A stretch of 64,000 nucleotides of DNA, from the NCBI GenBank assembly GCA_051942205.1, contig JAVECO010000040.1:1-64000 (forward strand). Direction: 5' to 3'. Each line of letters opens with the position of its first letter. The first letter of the stretch is position 1. Position numbers and translations under genes: made by a program. Under the pieces are notes generated by a model that worked only from the letters and a program-made list of their open reading frames with translations, was not told where the DNA came from and did no database searches. This document shows, piece by piece, positions 51,741-63,723 of the stretch. The DNA is from Coniocarpon cinnabarinum (Eukaryota).

Positions 51741-52096
51741 AGCCAAGCCATTGTGAATCCAGACCGCAATTGGTGGGACAGCGTTCAAAATGGAAGTGAT
51801 TTGGTAAAATGAGGCACCGCCGGCTTTCTCAGCATCTGGAATGCTTGCTCGGCCGCTCGCGCAGAGATGACGTCTCGAAAGCTGGCTTCTGGAGAATGTG
51901 TCCGGGCTATTCGACGCCAGATCGCTTATGTTGTGTGCAATCCGAATGACGCGCTCTAGGCGTGTCACTGAGCGCGTGTGAAGACGATTGAGCGCAGCGC
52001 TTCTTCACGAACAAGTAATCATAGACTTTGTTCAGTTAATGTAAAAGCGGACGATCATCCATAGCGGGGCCGGTCTGATGCTTGGATATCATGGTC

Positions 52097-53362
52097 TCAT
52101 CCAATCCACCAACACTCAACTCCGAGTATCTCAAAGCTGCCTTTGCCGGCACCAGTGCCGCCTTGTTCAGACTCTTCGCTTAAAGGCTCGTTGCCAAACG
52201 TGGGGCAGGTCTGACTAATGCCTTTGTCGAGGCTGTCGTCAAGCCAAAGGCCATAGTGCCCGTCTCCGCCACCGATGCTGAAGAAGCCCTGCTCGCAGAA
52301 GATGAGGTAGTCATTTTCGCCGCTGTACGGAAACGCCTTGAAGCGTATGCGCTCGGGAGTGCTGATGCCTGATCTAGGCGTTGTAACTCCGGAGCCAGGA
52401 AGCGAATTTGGATTCAAGAGGTCATTCCCATTGGCACTAGAGCCAGCTCCAGTCGGTCTCAGCCTGTTTGATAACACTGTCGTCGTCGATCGAGTGGCAT
52501 GCGTAGTATCCTCGCTTGGCGGTGGCGGCAAGTCGCCTAGGGTGGGGATCTGCGGGAGCACTGCGGCTCGCCATAGAAAGCATTCGCCGTGTCCATAATA
52601 ATGTCCGGCACTTGGTTTTGGCGGATCCGTTAAGTAAGCACCAAAGATCCCGCCCAGACTATCTTTGACAACCATGACGAAACCGCCTTGGTTCTTGGCA
52701 GCGTTCGTCGAGGACGATCCTCCGAACTCTGGAGAGTTGCAAGCCGAGTATAATGTGCTCAACGAGGACCCGTCCTGGTCCAAAGAGAATGCTAGGCGCC
52801 ATTCGTTCATGAGCTGCAATCGTGGTGGGATGAGGAGTCTGATCTCTTCCGCGACGGAGCGTGCAAGCAGACGCGCGTCAGGACGTGTCGGCGATTTGTA
52901 ACCACTTAGGGTCAAAGGAGTGAGCGGCGGCGGTTGGAACGGAGGCGTGAGATGCCGCCTGGGCGGTGTAAATGTGCCGTTGGGCGTCGGGCTGAGAGGG
53001 GATGTGACCGCAGAAGAGGTGAGGGAAGACGCTGTGTGTGTTGAGAGGGAGGGTATGACATCTTGAGAGGACAATCTCCGCCACGCGGAGGACAGGGTCT
53101 GTTTGACAGGATACGAGAGGTAGTTTGACGCTCTCTGTGAGACACCATTGAAGTTTTGTTGCCACCGCAAGCCGTTGTTATCAAGCGGGGTGGATCCTTG
53201 ATTATTTACTCTTTCTTTGTCTGTCTCGTCGACACTTGAGGGATGTGAGATAGGGGCGGGTGACCGTGAACGAGGGGTGTGTGAGGGTGATGGCTGCGCA
53301 ACAGGTACTGTAGCAAGTACAGGCGGATCTTCGCTTGGATCCGAGTCCAGAAGACTAGCCAT
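52097..53362 (-). CDS. OXR1: Oxidation resistance protein 1 (TLDc domain)
   Basis: WRLAFSLDQDGSSLSTLY, GIFGAYL, YYGHGECFLW and SIGGGDGHYGLWLD..CPTFGNEPL motifs. Confidence 0.92.
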   Translation of the reverse strand: MASLLDSDPSEDPPVLATVPVAQPSPSHTPRSRSPAPISHPSSVDETDKERVNNQGSTPLDNNGLRWQQNFNGVSQRASNYLSYPVKQTLSSAWRRLSSQDVIPSLSTHTASSLTSSAVTSPLSPTPNGTFTPPRRHLTPPFQPPPLTPLTLSGYKSPTRPDARLLARSVAEEIRLLIPPRLQLMNEWRLAFSLDQDGSSLSTLYSACNSPEFGGSSSTNAAKNQGGFVMVVKDSLGGIFGAYLTDPPKPSAGHYYGHGECFLWRAAVLPQIPTLGDLPPPPSEDTTHATRSTTTVLSNRLRPTGAGSSANGNDLLNPNSLPGSGVTTPRSGISTPERIRFKAFPYSGENDYLIFCEQGFFSIGGGDGHYGLWLDDSLDKGISQTCPTFGNEPLSEESEQGGTGAGKGSFEILGVECWWIG

Positions 53363-53679
53363 GAGCGAAGACGATTGGATATTGTAGAGATGGATAATCA
53401 GGCGCAGGAACACGAGTAAGTCGCAACCTAGGAAGCACAATTTACATACAAATTCATGCGCTCGGACCTCCCAGCCATCCGGACCGTCGGGGCTGTGCCG
53501 CAATGGCTGCGGGAGGTTCCGCCGCATCCACGATTTTCACCTCAGAGCTAGTCAGGAAGTCCTGCTCTCCGGCCGCATACTTATTGTTGCTGTGTGTGCA
53601 GAGTATGGCAGTATCTGAAGACACTCACGAGAGCATTCATGCTCGCGATTCAACGAGCAGTAAAGCCCCGAGGCGTTTC

Positions 53680-54893
53680 CTAGTCTGGCAAATGGAGGTA
53701 GTACCTGATAGTATCCACGACCTGCTTTTCAAACGGTATGAAGCGGTGCCCTAAGAGGTCCTTCTCAGCGGGTGTGGCATCGAATTTGGACTTGATAGCA
53801 CCTGACGGTATCGTCAGTAAGTAATCGTAGCCACTTCCTAAAGGAATACTGACCAAGTTGACCAATAAATGGAATCTTGCCCTGCGCAACCTCCTCCGAC
53901 AGCTCTCGTCTCACAATGCCCGCAGCATCATTCCACACCGGTCCGTGGGGGCTGTCACTGCAAAGCAAAAAGTTACGATACTTCCCGATTACTTTGTCCA
54001 CATTCAACGCGTTCACGTGCCCTTCCGCAACATCGTCCAAATGTACTGATTCAGCGAGCAGGGGTGCCTCTTCGGCATCCGGCAGGTCTAGAAACGGGTT
54101 AAGTTTTACGGGCATGAACAACCACGCAAGGATCAGGTTCGAGCCCTTGAATGCATCGCGCTTCGTGGTAGTCAGCTCCTCGGGTCCCAGCACCCATCCC
54201 GGCATGATGTTTACAATGCTGAAATGCGAGGCCCTGAACTCTGACGTCTCTGAATATGCATGCACCAGATTTGCAGCGGCAATCTTCGAGTTGACATATC
54301 GATGAAATCCACATGTGGACTTGGGAACCGGTAGCTGTGTGGGAACTTTGCTATCCGCCGTCATGGTCATGACTTCATGACTTCGTCCTTGGAGCATTGC
54401 CTGGTTGTCCGGGTGCTGAAGCAGCAAGCGCTGAAAGGTTCGCAAGCTGGACGTTGACGACGTGAAGACGACGCGTTGCACAGCCTTGTTGTGTTTCGCA
54501 GCTGACAGGATTGCCCTAGTGCCGGCAAGAGCAGGCTCGACAAGGTCACCCGGCACAGTGGGCAGTGGAGATGCTGTGTGAATGATGAAGGTACACCCGC
54601 GAGCGGCTTTGTGGTAAGCGTCGAGCTTCGTATTGTCAGGAATGACGGCGAAGGACAGAGCACCGCTGTAAATGTAAGGCTGCGAGGACGGTGCTCGGGC
54701 GACTTGGTCGGCGGCATTTTGTCGACGGACCACAGCGCGTACGCGGAATTGTGATTTCAACGCCCATGCCACTACCGCAAACCCTGATGACCTAATGTGA
54801 GTTCTTTTACAATAGTCTTGTAAGATTGCGCAACCCTCGTTTACCTAGAAAACCATTCGCGCCAGTGATGAGGACCAGAGGCTGCGTTTCCAT
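53680..54893 (-). CDS. NAD(P)H-dependent aldehyde reductase / epimerase-type SDR (Gre2/dihydroflavonol-reductase-like), 3 exons
   Basis: LVLITGANGFLG, IHTASP, VFTSS, catalytic YVNSK and VHLDDVA motifs. Confidence 0.88.
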
Positions 54894-55293
54894 TCTTGCA
54901 GACCTGTTAGGCCCACTAGCACTCCGTTCAAGAAGGTCCTGTGAGTGCAGCTTTTTAGGCGGTGTAGCTCATTATTTGCGCAGAGACGGGAATAGCGGTT
55001 GTGCACTTAAAGTGCAGCTGTCAATGGAGACAATTCAAGCACGTCGATGTTGTTGTAGCAAAAACTATACCTAATCTGATGTGATGAGCATGTGAAGAGG
55101 GCTAGACTTCTCCGGAAGGGGAAGTCGGTGCATGCTGCGCCTCATTTTGCGTGCAAAGGAAGCTTTCCCAGACACCACGCTTATGTGGGAGCATGTGGAG
55201 CATTTGCTGACGCGTGCTCATCGACGAGCTCACTGAATAAGTACGCCAAAGTGTTGATCAAGCGTGAGGCAAAATCCCACTTTATCTAGATGT

Positions 55294-56566
55294 TCAGGTA
55301 GGACCCTCGAGTTCGGTGAGCATTGTCTCCTTCACGCCCACCAGGAACTTCATCATACCTTCTTTGATATGATAGGCCTCGTTGCATGTCATGTACGGAT
55401 TGAACTCGCCTCTAAAAGTGAACACAAATACGGCCGCCTGCGGGGGAGCTCACTCTCACTTGGTTCACCTCCAGCCGGATGCCTTATCCCGGTTCACTGA
55501 TGGACCTCGCAACTAGATTTTCGATCAACCCAACGCTACTAATGTTGACGTTGCATGCTCGTGCTGGACTTCTGCCTTGTTGCGCCATCTACACAATAGC
55601 GATGCCAAATTGACGATAATACACGCGATGCAGCCGGAACAGCTCGTTGTCGTATCCGACTCGATACTCGTGCATGAGTCGCCTTACCATATCACTCTAT
55701 TGCCCATCAGCATGCAACAATGTCACTGTCACCGTGTAGAACAGCGCCGCCGCGGACGCCTCCGAATTCAACGATGGGATTAGACGCGCGCGCGCAGGTC
55801 TCGACGCAGGCTACTTCTATACAGCCGCGCTCGCGTATTCGGCGTCGCCCGTCCGACGTTCTGCACTGCGATCGCGGCGTGCACTGCCGCGGTGACGGTC
55901 AGACTACGCGCCCGTCATGCAGCGACAAGCGGCGCGATCTCGTAGACACATCGTAACAAGTGCACGCCGGGGTAATCACGCGTCTTGTCCACAGCTCGGA
56001 GAGATCAAAACTAAACAAGCTCACTTTTTATAAGCTGCGTAGCCATTTGCGTTGCCAATCAGATACGCCTCAGGAATGATGTCGACTATATTGACGGCTT
56101 CTTCGAAGCAAATAGAGAATTGCGCGACTTCTCCGCCTCGAGCGACTCGTAACAAAGGGGGTGCTATTGGATCATTCGAAAGAATGGTGGTAAGGTAAGA
56201 GCGAAGGTGCGTAAGTTCGCAGATCCCGCGGCCGTCGCTGCGCTCATGGGCGATGTGCAGGACAAGCTCAGAGAAGCGTGCGAACACCTGGGCGAATAGT
56301 AGTGACGAAGTCCCCATCGCTTGGACGGGCATCGACTCAACAACGACCACGAAAATGGAAGCGCTCCAGATTTCGAGGCTGTGCTGAATACTTGGCACAT
56401 AGTAGCTGTTGGCTGTACCTTCATTTGCAACCGCGAGACTGGAGCGCTCGAATCGCAGATAGTCTCGAGTAAATGGTGGGACAAGTGTGTAAAATTACGT
56501 ACGATTTTGTAGTGGCATAATGACTAGGTTTGAAGATTGAATAGACATCAAGATGGAGTGGGGCAT
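55294..56566 (-). pseudogene. CoA-dependent acyltransferase (Tri3-like) pseudogene
   Basis: HERSDG (HxxxDG), TVTAAVHAAI, ISSVGLIE and FTFRGE..NEAYH recovered only across in-frame stops (55917, 55699, 55591, 55486) and frameshifts in a (CG)n run near 55790 and a C-run near 55444. Confidence 0.72.
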
Positions 56567-56964
56567 GATTGTTGGAAACCTAGTTTCGATCGTTGAATTT
56601 TACTCATGTATTTTTGATATAGTATGCATCAGTATTGTGGGTACAGAGACAGCAATAATCACGTGAACAGCACGTGACCGAAATAGGCATTTTGAATCAA
56701 ACGTACCACTATCACACCAACTCATCCGGTCGCACATGAGCGTTTCGAGTGTGATGAAGAAAACGGGTCATCACGTTACTCAAAATCCCGTCATTTCATA
56801 CCTGAAACAAATGACAGTCTGACGATTAACCATAATGTGCATTTTGAAATTTTGCCGTGGACCACCACTACTCATTCCACAGTCATGTCTGCGTGTGCTT
56901 CTCTGGTCAGTCCAACAATTGCTCCCAATGCGACTGATGTCGACGTCGAACAAGGGGTGAAAGT

Positions 56965-58571
56965 TTAGTCTGTGACTCGGATGCGGGATCGTTGACGAAG
57001 GCTTTCCCCCCGGGCTATCAGCAGAATAGGCACTGGCAACAGCGCAATCGAGATGAATCCAAGGATGGAGTTGCCCCAACCCTGTCCAAAATGTCCATAC
57101 AAGGCCGGTCCTGCAAGCGGTAAGACTGCACCCATCAAACAGCGGAGCGTGACGCTGGCAGCTAAAGCAGACGCTGAGTATATGCCAAATGCGTCTACCA
57201 TATAAGTATATGCTGGTATGAAGGTAAGGGCTATCGCGAATCCCAGAAGCGCCAAGCCAATAGTGGGAGCGATCCAGTGCACTCTAAGCTGTAAGGTCCA
57301 TCCGTAAATGAAAGGACTGATGGGTATGATAAGGCTACCAATAGCAGTTGGGATTAAGCGATGCTCAGGCCCTTGTATGGTCGTACGCATCTGCGACTGG
57401 ACTATCTTGCCTAGCTTCCGATCGAGAGTAAACTGGCAGAAGAAGACTCCTGCTGCCACCCCAACGCCTGATAAAGTCAGAAAAGCAATTTCAGAGTCGT
57501 GTAGGGGAACTGACCTGTCGCAATGAATACAAGGCTCGCAGTGCTTGTCGAGAATCTGTAGGCCTGCTCGAACGCGCCAGTAATACTCGTAAGCAGTAGA
57601 TATAGGTAGCCAAACACAATAGATGTATGTGAAGCTAGTAGTAGTAACACGGAAGACTTAAAAAGCATTTTGATCGGCCTGAAGGTAGCGTTTCGAAAGG
57701 TTTCCCTGGGGTTAGGGTCTCCATAGACCGATCGAATGTATGGAATACCCGTTTTCCTTCGTTCTCTTGCGGTTGCTTTTTGGAGAATTCTCACCTTGTA
57801 CGTTTCGCGAAACAAAATTATGAAGGCAAGCTCGCAGAGAGCCCCGAGAATCGCGGGTATCCAAAAGGTCCACCTCCAGCCAATATTTTGAGCCAAGAAC
57901 CCGCCGATGACAGGACCGGCCAAAGGTCCGATAAGTGGGCCGAGATGTGAGAGAGCTATTGCCTTGCCTCTTTGATCAGCGACGAAAAGATCTCCAGCTA
58001 CACTGGGATCTAACGTCACCGACGCGACTGTGAGACCCTGGAGGAAGCGGAACGCTGTCACGCTTTGGATTGACCATGATAAAGCTCCACCTATGCAGAA
58101 CAGAACAAATAGCGAGTTGCACATATGATACAATGCTGCTCTCCCAAAGACCTCGGATGCTGGGGCGATTAGCAAGGGTCCACAAGCTTCGCCTAGTTCC
58201 CAAATCGACACCAGAAGATTGATGTAATACGGGCTATGAGACTGTAGATCCGCAGCTATTGATGGCGCAGCTGGAGCACATATAAGTGTTGCGAGCGTAC
58301 TGCCAAAGTCAGTAAAGATGACTTCTATTCACATTGATGATTGTTCCTACATAACAAATTTCATGGCCGATAAGAGCGCTATGATGCTCCATTTTCGCAG
58401 AAGGGTCCAGTTGATGGGATTCGAAGACTCGTCAAGGCAGCCAAAATCTATAGGCCGGCAATGCATACCATCCTTGTTTACGTCTTCAATCAACTCATCA
58501 GTCTGCGGGCTGTTTGGGAGGACTTCCAGTTCTTGATCTTCGTAGACCTTTTTCTTAGATGCCTCGAGCAT
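56965..58571 (-). CDS. MFS multidrug transporter (DHA1-type), 3 exons
   Basis: SNPINW..RKW, APASEVFGR, FRFLQG, GPLAGPVIGGFL..GWRWTFW, PEHRL and YMVDAFGIYSASALA motifs. Introns restore frame. Confidence 0.92.
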
Positions 58572-59061
58572 TCTATGAAACCTATCGGACTCGAATAAAT
58601 GTCGAAAGGGGCGTACACGACGGTCTCTGTCGAGATGCAGTTTCTTGAACTAGACGTTATTGATGAAGACGTGCCCGCTCGCAACAGGGCGAGTTATCAG
58701 TATGTGCTTGAATCTGCGGCGGAGATCCCTGTCCTATCTGAGGAGCTGGAAATCGTCGAACGCCGCAATCATCCTCACCACGCTGCAGGCAACCCGTAGC
58801 GCATACGCCACAGCGAGCTTGTGCGGATCTCAGCACCAGACCTGCTGCATGAGCTACGTGCATGGGGCGTAGTAGCTGACTCGCCTATCTCGCAGGCTTC
58901 GCCGTACGGGGCGTTGCCCGGCTGGCTTGAAACTTGGCATAAATCTGGCATTGTGGTTCGCACCAAATTCCAAGTTCTAGCGTTCCATTCTCGACTGATA
59001 GAGCCGACTGCCTGATCGCTTCCCTTTGGTCCTTGATCAATAAGTAATCTAGCGTGGCACA

Positions 59062-60026
59062 ATGAAAAGGTCTCAACACATAAACTCAGGCTTAAAAGCT
59101 TACCATCTAATCAGCACTGACAATGGTGACGAGTTTTGTCACGACATGATGCCGTTGAAACACCAGCCATGGCATCGCCAAAAGCACTCGATGATTCTCC
59201 TCTTCTTTCTATCGCTCTCGGCAATCGTGAACATCATTTTCATCATGAATGGATCTGGAAGAGACCTGAAGGGGAAACGGATCTCCACATCGCTCGGTAC
59301 ATCCCCGTCATCTTCTGAAAATTCAGCGTGATGACTAACGTAGGCGTGTAAAGCTCATTTGCAATGGAATGTCCCCTCCAGATTTCACTATGGGGGTCTT
59401 TACGACAGTGAGAATGATACCGCTACGAATGAAGCTTGGGACGCGTTGCCTATCGATTACGGCTCGGTAGCCATAGATCATGATGTCGCACAGTCATACG
59501 GCTTGCCCCGAGCGCAAAACTTTCCTTGGGATGAATTCAAAGGTCTCTATTTCCTCAATGCATTTCATGGAGTCCACTGTCTAGTAAGTACACAGCGCAG
59601 TGCTCAGGTATCGGGGTCTGTCCACCTTCCACGCAGTACTGAATAAGCCTACAGAAAGACATGCGGAAGACCATGCTAGAGCTCCACAGTGGTAAGCCTC
59701 TCAGCCATGGCATTGGCCATGTAATGCACTGCTTTGAGTCTCTCCTTGAGGACGTTACATGCCTCGCCGATGACACGCCACGAGTCACGCTTGAGGAGCA
59801 TCCGGGGAAGTCTGGGTTCAACCAGGTACGACAATGCCGTAGTTGGAGCCGGCTTGAAAGTTTCGCAAGAGAACACACAAGTTGCTGGCGGTACATAAAC
59901 CCAAATCAGAAAATCGACACGTTGCTCAGATACCGGTACTGCCCCGAGGGGTCGCCGTACAACGAACGGATTCATGCAATATTCGGCGATTTCGATAAAG
60001 GAAGCGGAGCGAGTGCGGAGACTTAA
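59062..60026 (+). CDS. ustYa: UstYa / DUF3328 oxidase, 3 exons (59062-59296, 59354-59583, 59655-60026)
   Basis: N-terminal TM helix, two HxxHC motifs (HGVHC, HVMHC), C..DDTP and RQCRSW. Confidence 0.92.
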
Positions 60027-60044
60027 GATCGGTGGCTTCTGAGC

Positions 60045-60528
60045 TCACGAGGAGAAACCATGTCCATGAGCGGGGATGGTTGGTTCGGGAGCCATTAATT
60101 CGTTGACGGGGTCAAGTAGACTGAAAAGCGAAAGACATGTTTGGTGGTAGTTTTCACCTGCTATACACGTGTCTGGGCGAATGATAGGGTTCGTAGTCTT
60201 GTGCACACCAAGAAGCGGAACCGAGCGGATCCTTCCCATATACCGTAGTTCCCACCTGTGAAGGCGCTCGAAGCCCGTCCATATGCCGTCAAAACACTTC
60301 CTCCACAACTTCAAGATGTTCGGAGCTGGGGAGCGGGGCCGTTCGTAATGTCGGGTGGTTGGAGAGTCTTGCGAGTGCAGCTAGAGCCAACATCAGCCAG
60401 TAGTTTCATGACAAATGGAACATGGAGCATACAGAGAGCTCAGGTTTTGCCTCCGGCACCGGCAGCGGGATACTTGCCGTAAGAGTGGCCAAAGCCAGGG
60501 CACAGAGGATGGATTTCTGCAACTGCAT
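60045..60528 (-). CDS. Small secreted peptide/protein, candidate RiPP precursor (3' part uncertain)
   Basis: Signal peptide MQLQKSILCALALATLTAS-IPLPVPEAKPELS. Intron GTATGC..CTGAT..TAG at 60432-60381 joins in frame to ORF 60045..60314. Confidence 0.55.
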
Positions 60529-61167
60529 GGCTGAATATGCGATTGACTTGCGTTTGCAAGCCTTGAGTTGTGAGGGTGAAGTGTGACGGTAATACTTTCC
60601 AAGACTGCCAGTCGCCAAGAATATATACTCAAGGGGCCGCTGAGCAGTCTGGTCTCTTTGGCCATCTCTCTGCCCCGCCAAGGCAGCGCTGAAGACCAAG
60701 GCGGGAGAGATGAACGACGTGCAGATAGACCATCATGGCGGTGTGATTGTATCGGGGGCAAACAGATGTGATCAGATGCGCACCTCAGTGACAGAGAGGG
60801 CCCGTCGACGCTAGACAAGGTTCGGCGCGGAAGACGGCGTTCCCGCTACGCCGCACACCCGCAGCCAATTGAACGGGAGGGACCCACGGTAGCTACGGAA
60901 GCGTTCCATGGCATCCTACGGCACCGTCCAGACCAAGCCCACGCGTGCGAAATCTCTAGTGAGGAAGGTCATGCATTCTCGAGCTTTGCTTGCGCTTCCG
61001 ACACGCAGTTGCGAGGCACCGAAGCTAGTCAGCATGCACCGGCACGTCGGCTGGATAGGTGTCGGTCGGTCAGGCAAACGGTATTATATGACACCTAGCT
61101 TCTTCTCCTGTGCGGAGCAGTGCTGGTCGTGATGCTCATCAGCTCTGCCACCGATCATTGCAGTCAC

Positions 61168-61839
61168 ATGCCGCTTCCACAAACTCCTCTCACCGTCCAG
61201 GGCGGTTGTAACTGCCACGCTATTCGCTATCGCATCGCGATACCCCCTCATCACGAGCGTCCTCACTATCCCCTGGGAGGAGCTCGTGCATCCCCCGAGG
61301 TTCGCCTGCCAATAGTATGTGCTGATCACTGCAACGACTGCCGCACTGCGACTGGCTCGATACTGCCCTTCTGGCTGTTGACGCCGCTCTACATGGTCAG
61401 TGTTTCGTGCGTCGACGTTCTGTCACTTCCAAAGAATGGCAAACTAGGTGTGGACGAGGCACCACGCCGCACTTGGCGTCCAGCCGCAGAGGTGTTCAAC
61501 GCTTCCAGCGCCGATCCCACTTCCTCCTTGTCTTTCTTCAACTCTTCCACCACTCGGAGGCGTAGCTTTTGTTCACGCTGCGGCACTATGATAGCCTACG
61601 GTGTCGTCCCACTTCCTGCAAATTGGCCGGTGGGCTGGCCGCTCATGCTCGACATCCTCTTGGGCACGGTAGATCGACAACATCTCGACGGAGATGCTCT
61701 GCTTCCAGAGAGACATGTGTGGTGGGAATGTGGAATCGAATGGATTGGCAGGTTCGCCGTGGGAGGGGCTGCTCATTTGCCTGTCCACCCGAGATCGAAA
61801 CTTGACGAATTAGTCGGGAGGCAGCACGAAATTGATTAG
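61168..61839 (+). CDS. GFA/CENP-V (Mss4-like) zinc-binding protein
   Basis: GGCNC..IRY, DHCNDCRTATG and RSFCSRCGT motifs. Confidence 0.9.
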   Translation: MPLPQTPLTVQGGCNCHAIRYRIAIPPHHERPHYPLGGARASPEVRLPIVCADHCNDCRTATGSILPFWLLTPLYMVSVSCVDVLSLPKNGKLGVDEAPRRTWRPAAEVFNASSADPTSSLSFFNSSTTRRRSFCSRCGTMIAYGVVPLPANWPVGWPLMLDILLGTVDRQHLDGDALLPERHVWWECGIEWIGRFAVGGAAHLPVHPRSKLDELVGRQHEID

Positions 61840-62248
61840 CATGTGGCACCCGAGGTGCACTGTACATCAACTGACTCAGTGACTAGCGGCGACATTGACT
61901 TCTGATTATCGAGCGAGATGAGCCCGGCTGCAGAGGCTGAATACGCCGCAAGACATAGCTGTGAGAAGAATCTCGATGCCGCATCAAATATTCATCTTCA
62001 TGTAGAGGACGTGGAAAAATGATGTGCTGAATCGTATGCATGTTCTCCAGCGCATGATAGGCAAACTGCTCGCAGGGTTTGTGCACCTGCATGGGCGAGG
62101 CGTATTTGTAGCGCGTTTAAATCATCCGCCTCACATCAAACATATTTAGGGCTTGGGCAACCTCTTTGTGTAGCAAGCGCTTGGGTCGTTGAACATTTCG
62201 ATCGCTGAGTTCGCTGTCTTTTGTAAACACTTCTGGTGCGTACGTAAA

Positions 62249-63723
62249 ATGTCTAGCGAGTCCACTTTCTCCTTTCAGTACGTCTACAAAGACGAAGTGA
62301 TAACGTTGGGGTCTCTGTTGCCGGCGGCTTGTATCATAGTGGTCGCGCTGCGATTCTATACGCGGCACATACAGAAAGCTCTGATTGGAGTTGATGACTG
62401 GCTGGCTTTATGTGGACTTGTAAGTTCTGCATCAGCTAAAGTGTGATGAACTGAGGACACCCATCATTGCTGACCCATTCAACAGATTCCTGTGGCTGGC
62501 ATGGGTGCGTGCCTTATCGCAGGTAAGGAAATCGACAACTTGGAGAGCCTAGAAACTGTACTCAAGTGTACTCAGGCGCAAAGTTGAAGGCTATGGGGTA
62601 TTCGACGCCTTCACCGCCGCAGACCCTGTCTGAGGACCAGCTAGAATTCTATGAAGACCCATCAACGCGGCTGAATCAGATCGTCGGTGCTTTTTCTTTC
62701 CCCAAATGCATGTTTTGTAGCTAATTGAGCCAGATTGAATTTCCCTATCAACTCATGCTGATGCTCTCTTACTGCTTCATAAAGTTGAGCATTGTATACT
62801 TCTACCGCCGCATCTTCGTGACACATAGCAAATCTGGCATAGATGTTCTGCTGAAGATCGCCATTGCAACAATCGTGCTATGGACCATCACCTTCGAGCT
62901 GTTGATCATATTCGATTGCCGTGGCCACATATCATCCAATTGGGCCTCGTCAGGCGAGGAAGCAGCAAATTGCCCTGTGGGCTTCACCAGCGAGTATGGC
63001 CTGGCTATTTCCGATCTGATTCTCGACGTCTTCATATTCCTGATCCCCCTACCTCTGGTAAGCTTGTTATCCCCAGATCAAAGTAGAACAATACTGATCT
63101 CATTGTCAAAGACTTTGAGGCTGCAGCTGTCGATCAAGTGCAAATTCGCTGTTTGCGGTATCTTCTTACTCGGGGCGAGCGCCGTAGGGGCTTCTGTCGC
63201 TCAGCTCATTCTCTATGTCCAGGTGCTCAAAGCGGCGACGACAAATACTGTTGTGGACCCGAATCGTAAGTAGGGGCCCAATGACATTCGAAGCATGATC
63301 TTGACCGAGCGATGCGCAGTTGCAAACACTGTCGGCTTCTATTGGTCCCTTTTAGAGGCGGGACTGTCCCTCATAGCTTCTTGTTTGCCACCTATTGCTT
63401 ATCTCTTTACGCATCGATCTGAGTATAATATCCTAACCAGCCTCCGCGGTGCACTCACGAGCAGCTCCAGCTGGTCTCTACGTCGCACGCAGAAGTCCGA
63501 CGCTCAAAGTCAGAGTGAGAATCTGAGGGGCCGTGCTGTGAGTTCCTGATTCAAAATGATTCACGTCTAACCCCACCCGCGGAGCCGCTGACTAAAGACT
63601 TAGTCGATGAAATCCGGGTCCGAAATAACACGCACCACATGCGTTGACGTTGAGCATTACGACTTGAACGATCTGGAGCGTGATGTCACTCCAATGCCAT
63701 CTGGTGTATCACATGCTCAATAG
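62249..63723 (+). CDS. PTH11-like (rhodopsin-domain) integral membrane protein, multi-exon
   Basis: VVALRFYTR..IGVDDWL, FIKLSIVYFYRRIF, SDLILDVFIFLIPLP and YWSLLEAGLSLIASCLP motifs. Last exon inferred. Confidence 0.85.

Noticed and set aside
61168..63723. GFA and PTH11-like genes as members of the RiPP cluster
   Set aside because: Both families are widespread and only adjacency links them; left outside the cluster call.
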